Below are positions 58,781 to 64,000 of a DNA stretch of 64,000 bases, piece after piece. The number at the start of each line of letters is the position of its first letter. The stretch's first letter is position 1. This stretch comes from Flavobacteriales bacterium (GTDB lineage: Bacteria; Bacteroidota; Bacteroidia; NS11-12g; UBA955): NCBI GenBank assembly GCA_947496375.1, contig CANMCY010000001.1:70756-134755 (forward strand). Reading direction: 5' to 3'. The translations under genes were made by a program, and so were the position numbers. The notes beneath the pieces are model-generated. The model was given only the letters and a program-made list of their open reading frames with translations, was not told the DNA's origin and did no database searches.

Positions 58781-60643
58781 TTGGGTAAAATCAACATCAA
58801 TATTAAATCGGGAACGCTGGAAAAGGAGGGGTTAATTGTTGGGATTGACCTGGGTACTACCAACAGTATCATTGCCATGGTTAATCCTGAAACAGGCAAA
58901 CCTGAAGTACTGGGTAAGGCGGATGAGTTGCTCGTGCCTTCGGTGGTTCACATCACCGGCGATGGGGTTCCACTGGTGGGAAACCTGGCACGACAGGCCT
59001 TGATTTCGCACCCCCAGAGCACTATTTTTTCGGTTAAGCGCCTCCTGGGCAGAAGTTACAAGGATGTTGAGGCCCACGCACCCTACTACACCTACAGAAT
59101 TCTGGATGAAGAGGATGAGAAACTTGTGAGGATAGAGGTGAACGGGAAATATTTCACTCCCATTGAGTTGAGTGCAGAGATATTGGCAGAATTGAAGCGA
59201 CGGGCGGAAAGTCTTACCGGCAAAACGGTAAACCGAGCGGTTATCACAGTCCCTGCCTATTTTAACGACAGTCAGCGGCAGGCCACCCGAGACGCGGGTA
59301 AAATAGCGGGTCTTGAGGTGCTAAGAATTGTGAACGAGCCCACCGCTGCAAGTCTTGCCTATGGACTGGGATTAAATCCGTCTGAAGCTAAAACCATCAT
59401 GGTGTATGATTTGGGTGGCGGAACATTCGATGTATCTATTTTGCGCATCGAAGAGGGCGTTTTTGAGGTTTTGAGTACCCAGGGCGATACCTATTTGGGT
59501 GGAGATGATTTTGACCGAGAGATTATCCGGTACTGGCAGCATAATGCCCCGGAGAACCTGAAGTCTGAAATGGCTAAAACGCTGCGATTGCTTGCCGAGG
59601 ATGCCAAGAAAACGGTTTGTAACAAGCAAGATTTTCAGAAAAAAATCCTTTTGGGAGGCAGCGAGTTAATCCTTAATCTCGATTATGCCACTTTTGAGGA
59701 CCTGACGAAGCATCACATGGAGAAAACCTTGCACTGCCTGCAACAGGCCATGGTGGACGCAAATTTGGCCCCGAAAGACATTGATGAGGTGGTTCTGGTG
59801 GGCGGAAGCACAAGAATGCCTTTTGTTAAGCAACGGCTATCGGATTTATTTGGTCATATCAAAGTGAATGATACATTAAATCCTGATGAAGTGGTTGCAT
59901 TAGGAGCTGCTGTGGAGGCCGATGTAATCGCCGGCAATAGAAGTGATGTTTTGTTGCTTGATGTTACGCCATTGAGTCTGGGAATTGAAACGGTAGGGGG
60001 TTTAATGGATGTATTGATCACCCGAAATACCAAAATTCCGTGCAAGTTCATAAAATCCTATACCACATCGGTAGATGGTCAGGTAAAAATGAGTATTTCC
60101 GTATACCAGGGAGAGCGTGAACTGGTTTCGGAGAACCGAAAGCTGGGTGAACTATTGTTATCAGGTATTCCTGCCATGCCGGCCGGTTTACCCAAGGTAG
60201 AGGTGGCCTTTATACTCAATGCTGACGGAATTTTAACCGTAGAAGCCAAGGAAATCAGAAGCGGAGTATCCCAACATATTGACATTAAACCGCGGTATGG
60301 GTTGTCTGATGAAGATGTTGAACGAATGCTGCTGGATAGTATCAGCCATGCCAAAGAGGATGTATCGATACGCATGCGTTTGGAGGCCAGGACCGAGGCA
60401 GAGCAGATGATTTACACGGTACAGCGATTTTTGGAAAAAAATGCCGGGTTGCTAAGCGAAGCGGAAATATTAAATACCCACAAATTCTGTGATGATTTGC
60501 AGGGCAGATTGGCAGATGGAGACAAAGACACAATATTGCAGGGCATAGAAGCGTTAAATGAGTATACAAGACCGTTTGCAGAAAGACTGATGAACCAGGC
60601 GGTATCTTCAGCCCTGTCTGGCACCCACATAGATAAAGTATGA
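58781..60643 (+). CDS. Hsp70-family chaperone paralog (HscA/HscC-like, not DnaK)
   Basis: GIDLGTTNS and DLGGGTFD Hsp70 ATPase motifs; 620 aa without the DnaK C-terminal tail. Confidence 0.8.
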   Translation: MGKININIKSGTLEKEGLIVGIDLGTTNSIIAMVNPETGKPEVLGKADELLVPSVVHITGDGVPLVGNLARQALISHPQSTIFSVKRLLGRSYKDVEAHAPYYTYRILDEEDEKLVRIEVNGKYFTPIELSAEILAELKRRAESLTGKTVNRAVITVPAYFNDSQRQATRDAGKIAGLEVLRIVNEPTAASLAYGLGLNPSEAKTIMVYDLGGGTFDVSILRIEEGVFEVLSTQGDTYLGGDDFDREIIRYWQHNAPENLKSEMAKTLRLLAEDAKKTVCNKQDFQKKILLGGSELILNLDYATFEDLTKHHMEKTLHCLQQAMVDANLAPKDIDEVVLVGGSTRMPFVKQRLSDLFGHIKVNDTLNPDEVVALGAAVEADVIAGNRSDVLLLDVTPLSLGIETVGGLMDVLITRNTKIPCKFIKSYTTSVDGQVKMSISVYQGERELVSENRKLGELLLSGIPAMPAGLPKVEVAFILNADGILTVEAKEIRSGVSQHIDIKPRYGLSDEDVERMLLDSISHAKEDVSIRMRLEARTEAEQMIYTVQRFLEKNAGLLSEAEILNTHKFCDDLQGRLADGDKDTILQGIEALNEYTRPFAERLMNQAVSSALSGTHIDKV

Positions 60644-61365
60644 AGTATCTGATTTTTTCACTGTTTTTTTTAGTGCTGGGAAGAGCTACAGGGCAGACCT
60701 GGACTGATGCTGAGATGCTGGAGCGACAAAATTACGGACTGAAACTGGGATTCAATATTTCATCGATGTGGGGCGGCGAATTGCAGAACCCCAGACCCTA
60801 TGTGGGTCCCTCAGCCGGTTTTTTCTGGCACACCAAAGAGACCAAAAAGCCCATCATGTTTCAGACTGGAATTGAAGGAAATATGCGGGGTGGCAATTTT
60901 GCCAATAAAAACGCTGATTTTCCCGGAGGCGGCAACAGCAATTACCGCAGAATCGGTTTAATTACTGCCGATGTTCCCTTGTTGATTAACTATCGGATTG
61001 GCCCTAAAAAAGAGGGGAAAACCCGGGTTGTTCAAATGGGTGCCGTTGTGTCCGGAACCATCAGAAGTACGGTTTATTTGGGTGATGATAAACTGCCCGC
61101 TCAGCATTTTCTTGACAGCACCAGTCACTTATACAAATGGGGAAATCTTCCCCTAAAACCCGTAGAGGTGCTGGGCCTGATTGGCTACCAGGAACGCGGA
61201 TCTGCCGCCGGCTGGCAGATACAATTGCAGGTAGGTATTAACAACCTCAACGATGTAAAGCGGGAAAACGGCAATATCATTCCTTTCATGCCATACGCAT
61301 ACCCATCTACAGGTACAGGCAAGAGAATCAGCACCTGGAATCTGAAAGTGAGTGCATTGTTTTAA
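60640..61365 (+). CDS. Predicted outer-membrane beta-barrel protein (porin-like, OMP_b-brl family)
   Basis: Signal peptide, alternating amphipathic strands, C-terminal aromatic residue; ATGA overlap with the Hsp70 gene. Confidence 0.45.
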   Translation: MKYLIFSLFFLVLGRATGQTWTDAEMLERQNYGLKLGFNISSMWGGELQNPRPYVGPSAGFFWHTKETKKPIMFQTGIEGNMRGGNFANKNADFPGGGNSNYRRIGLITADVPLLINYRIGPKKEGKTRVVQMGAVVSGTIRSTVYLGDDKLPAQHFLDSTSHLYKWGNLPLKPVEVLGLIGYQERGSAAGWQIQLQVGINNLNDVKRENGNIIPFMPYAYPSTGTGKRISTWNLKVSALF

Positions 61366-61403
61366 GGGTAGTCACCATAATTTTTCCTAATTTTGTTGGG
61401 TCG

Positions 61404-62714
61404 ATGGCGAATTCAGTGGCTTTTTACACGCTGGGATGCAAACTCAATTTTGCAGAAACAGGAACCATTGGCAAGCAATTGACGGAGCGTGGTTTTGTTC
61501 GTGCGGAGTTTACCGACGGTGCAGACATGTACGTAATCAATACCTGCAGTGTTACCGACCATGCAGACCGTAAATGTAAAAAGGTAGTGGCCGAGGCCCT
61601 ACGTCATAATCCGGATGCATACATAGTGGTAGTTGGCTGTTATGCACAGCTTAAGCCGGTGGAAATTTCCCGCATACCCGGCGTAGATTTGGTGTTGGGG
61701 GCTGCAGAGAAATTTAATCTGATGGCCCATCTGGGTGAATTGCGCAAAGAATCAGAAGCCCGGGTATTGAATGCCCCCATCAAAGAAACGCGCGATTTTG
61801 TGCCTGGTTTTAGCGAGGGAGAGCGCACCCGTGCCTTTGTGAAAGTGCAGGACGGCTGTGATTACTTTTGTTCGTTTTGCACCATCCCATTGGCCCGTGG
61901 CAGCAGCCGCAGCGCCAACATAGCCGAAACGACAGAAAAAATAAGGCAGGTAGCCAATGGTACTGTCCGGGAAATTGTTCTGACGGGTGTAAATCTTGGC
62001 GATTTTGGAATAAACCACAACGAGGATTTTTATGGTTTAATCACCGAACTTGATAAGTTGGCGGAGGTAGATCGTTTTCGCATTAGCAGTATTGAGCCCA
62101 ATTTGCTTACCGATGAAATTATTGAATTTGTAGCCGGTTCGCAACGTTTTGTTCCCCATTTTCACATACCGCTCCAAAGTGGCAGTGACGAAATACTGGG
62201 CAGAATGCGCCGCCGATATAAAACAGATTTATACAAAAGCCGTATTGAACGGATTATGGAACTCATGCCGCATTGTGCGATTGGTGTGGATGTGATTGTC
62301 GGTTTTCCGGGTGAAACTGAAGAGGAGTTCTTGAAAACCTATCAGTTTCTCAATGAGCTTGAAGTATCTTATCTTCATGTTTTTCCTTACAGTGAGCGGC
62401 CTAACACCACTGCGAAAAAAATGCAGGGTCGCGTTCCGCAGTCTGTGCGACACGAGCGGGTAACCATGCTGAGAACCCTGAGCGAGAAAAAACGGCAGGC
62501 ATTTTACCGAAAGCATCTGGGCACCAAGCGTACAGTGCTTTTTGAAGCAGATGAAAAAGGGGGCTTTATGCACGGTTTTACCGACAATTATATCAAAATG
62601 AAAGCAGTTTACGATCCTTTGCTGGTGAATGAATTGACGGAAATTTCCCTGGACGCGATGAATGACGATGGTACCGTTAGCAGTATGCTTGATTTAGCCA
62701 TTCTCCACCCTTAA
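61404..62714 (+). CDS. mtaB: tRNA threonylcarbamoyladenosine methylthiotransferase (MiaB-like radical SAM, MtaB type)
   Basis: FYTLGCKLN N-terminal MTTase domain, CxxxCxxC radical-SAM motif (CDYFCSFC), TRAM domain. Confidence 0.75.
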   Translation: MANSVAFYTLGCKLNFAETGTIGKQLTERGFVRAEFTDGADMYVINTCSVTDHADRKCKKVVAEALRHNPDAYIVVVGCYAQLKPVEISRIPGVDLVLGAAEKFNLMAHLGELRKESEARVLNAPIKETRDFVPGFSEGERTRAFVKVQDGCDYFCSFCTIPLARGSSRSANIAETTEKIRQVANGTVREIVLTGVNLGDFGINHNEDFYGLITELDKLAEVDRFRISSIEPNLLTDEIIEFVAGSQRFVPHFHIPLQSGSDEILGRMRRRYKTDLYKSRIERIMELMPHCAIGVDVIVGFPGETEEEFLKTYQFLNELEVSYLHVFPYSERPNTTAKKMQGRVPQSVRHERVTMLRTLSEKKRQAFYRKHLGTKRTVLFEADEKGGFMHGFTDNYIKMKAVYDPLLVNELTEISLDAMNDDGTVSSMLDLAILHP

Positions 62715-62723
62715 TTTGCAGTT

Positions 62724-63917
62724 GTGTTTCCCACCTTATATCATTTTATCAGGGATGTATTCGGAATAGAGATTCCGGCCCTACAAATTCTCAATACTTT
62801 CGGTTTTTTTGTTGCCCTTTCCATTGCAGGCGCTTTTTGGGCAATGTCTACCGAAATGAGAAGAAGAACAGCGCTTGGACAGTTTAAGACGGTAGAAGTA
62901 AAAAGCAGGGTTGGTGCGCCCTATCCGCTGTCTGATTACATAGTCAACGGCATTTTTGCTTTTGTTTTTGGATATAAAATTCTATTCCTCATGTTTTCCG
63001 GAAAGGATGGTTTTGTTCCGCAGGAGCACATTTTTACAACCGAAGGCAACTGGATGTATGGTTTATTGTCTGCCTTGGTGGTACTCGGCTGGCGATACCG
63101 CAACGATTTAAAACAAAGATTGCCGGAACCCAGAGTGGAAGTGCAAACGCAATCTGCTGAATGGCACATGGGAAATATCACCACGATAGCGTTGCTGTCG
63201 GGTTTTGCAGGAGCCAAGCTGTTTCATATTCTTGAAAATCCTTCAGGGCTGAGTCTGTTGGCCATTGCTGATGCATTTTTTAGCACCGGCGGTTGGACAT
63301 TCTACGGCGGTCTCATTGCAGGTGGGGCAGGGGTGTTAATTTACTGCTATCGAAAAGGCATCAATTTGTTGCGTATGCTCGATGCCGGTGGGCCGGCCAT
63401 GTTGCTATCCTATGGAATTGGTCGTTTTGGATGTCAGTTTTCAGGCGATGGTGACTGGGGTATTGCCAACACCGGCCCAAAACCCTTAGCATGGATTCCC
63501 GACTGGGCGTGGAGCTATACCTATCCTCACAATGTGTTAGGCGGTCAATCGGGGGGAATGGCACCGGAAGGCATGATTCCAATACCGGGTTGCACTGGCG
63601 ATTATTGCTATGAGCTTGCCGTGCCTGTTTATCCCACCCCACTGTATGAAGCCCTGATGGGGTTGCTGCTGTTTTTTGTTTTATGGAAGTTTCTGCGTCA
63701 TCGCATTCAGGCCCCCGGGAAGCTATTTGCCTGTTATATGGTGTTTGCAGGTGCAGAACGTTTTCTGATTGAGGCCATTCGCGAGCACGGTGAGAGTTTA
63801 TATAGTCTGGGCTCAGTTACCTTTTCTCAGGCACAGATGATATCGCTTCTGTTAATGCTGGGAGGAGTGCTTTGGTTGTTAAAAAAGCCATCCACCGAAA
63901 AAATAAATGTTCAGTAA
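62724..63917 (+). CDS. lgt: Prolipoprotein diacylglyceryl transferase (long Bacteroidota form)
   Basis: Lgt signature GRFGCQFSGDGDWG; multi-TM; 397 aa. Confidence 0.8.
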   Translation: MFPTLYHFIRDVFGIEIPALQILNTFGFFVALSIAGAFWAMSTEMRRRTALGQFKTVEVKSRVGAPYPLSDYIVNGIFAFVFGYKILFLMFSGKDGFVPQEHIFTTEGNWMYGLLSALVVLGWRYRNDLKQRLPEPRVEVQTQSAEWHMGNITTIALLSGFAGAKLFHILENPSGLSLLAIADAFFSTGGWTFYGGLIAGGAGVLIYCYRKGINLLRMLDAGGPAMLLSYGIGRFGCQFSGDGDWGIANTGPKPLAWIPDWAWSYTYPHNVLGGQSGGMAPEGMIPIPGCTGDYCYELAVPVYPTPLYEALMGLLLFFVLWKFLRHRIQAPGKLFACYMVFAGAERFLIEAIREHGESLYSLGSVTFSQAQMISLLLMLGGVLWLLKKPSTEKINVQ

Positions 63918-64000
63918 ATACGTTGTAATGAGAGGAATGCGGATATACACAGGGTTTTTGTTTCTTTTCATTTTAATGGGAGCAAACAGAATATCGGCAC

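Noticed and set aside
1-64000. CRISPR arrays, tRNA/rRNA genes, transposases/integrases, toxin-antitoxin or restriction-modification/defence genes
   Set aside because: No regularly spaced short repeats, no cloverleaf-like conserved tRNA motifs, and no DDE/tyrosine-recombinase-like ORFs were seen. The window appears to be a core chromosome with T9SS cargo islands.

Overview
This looks like a Bacteroidota chromosomal segment (Sphingobacteriia or Chitinophagia type; GC about 45% estimated by eye, not computed) from an organism with a type IX secretion system (T9SS). Housekeeping operons dominate. They include rpmH-rnpA-yidD, rpsF-rpsR-rplI, skp-skp-murI-uvrC-pabB, truB, murB, radA, lysC, fbp, recO, mtaB and lgt. 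There are two carotenoid loci (crtZ-crtI-crtB, and a crtD-like gene with a cruF-like DUF422 gene) and a HmuY-like/TonB-dependent-receptor heme-uptake locus. The extraordinary feature is a 12.6 kb array (37080..49698) of three tandem paralogous genes encoding 1340-1426 aa secreted proteins. Each has a signal peptide, a Cys-rich NSWGC module, PKD-like modules, a CUB-like domain with the IYDG signature, a GEVED-type module, four to five DUF5011-like Ig repeats and a T9SS C-terminal sorting domain. Each gene has its own rho-independent terminator. Genes 1 and 2 share a 286-nt near-identical 3' end plus terminator, which is a gene-conversion footprint. Other accessory items are two tandem small T9SS cargo genes, a 622-aa T9SS cargo gene, an orphan LuxE-like adenylating enzyme convergent with an MMPL/RND exporter, an orphan response regulator, and a perfect 10-bp inverted repeat in the crtZ promoter region. 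No rRNA, tRNA, CRISPR or transposase genes were recognised. All calls rest on by-eye motif recognition; no searches were run.
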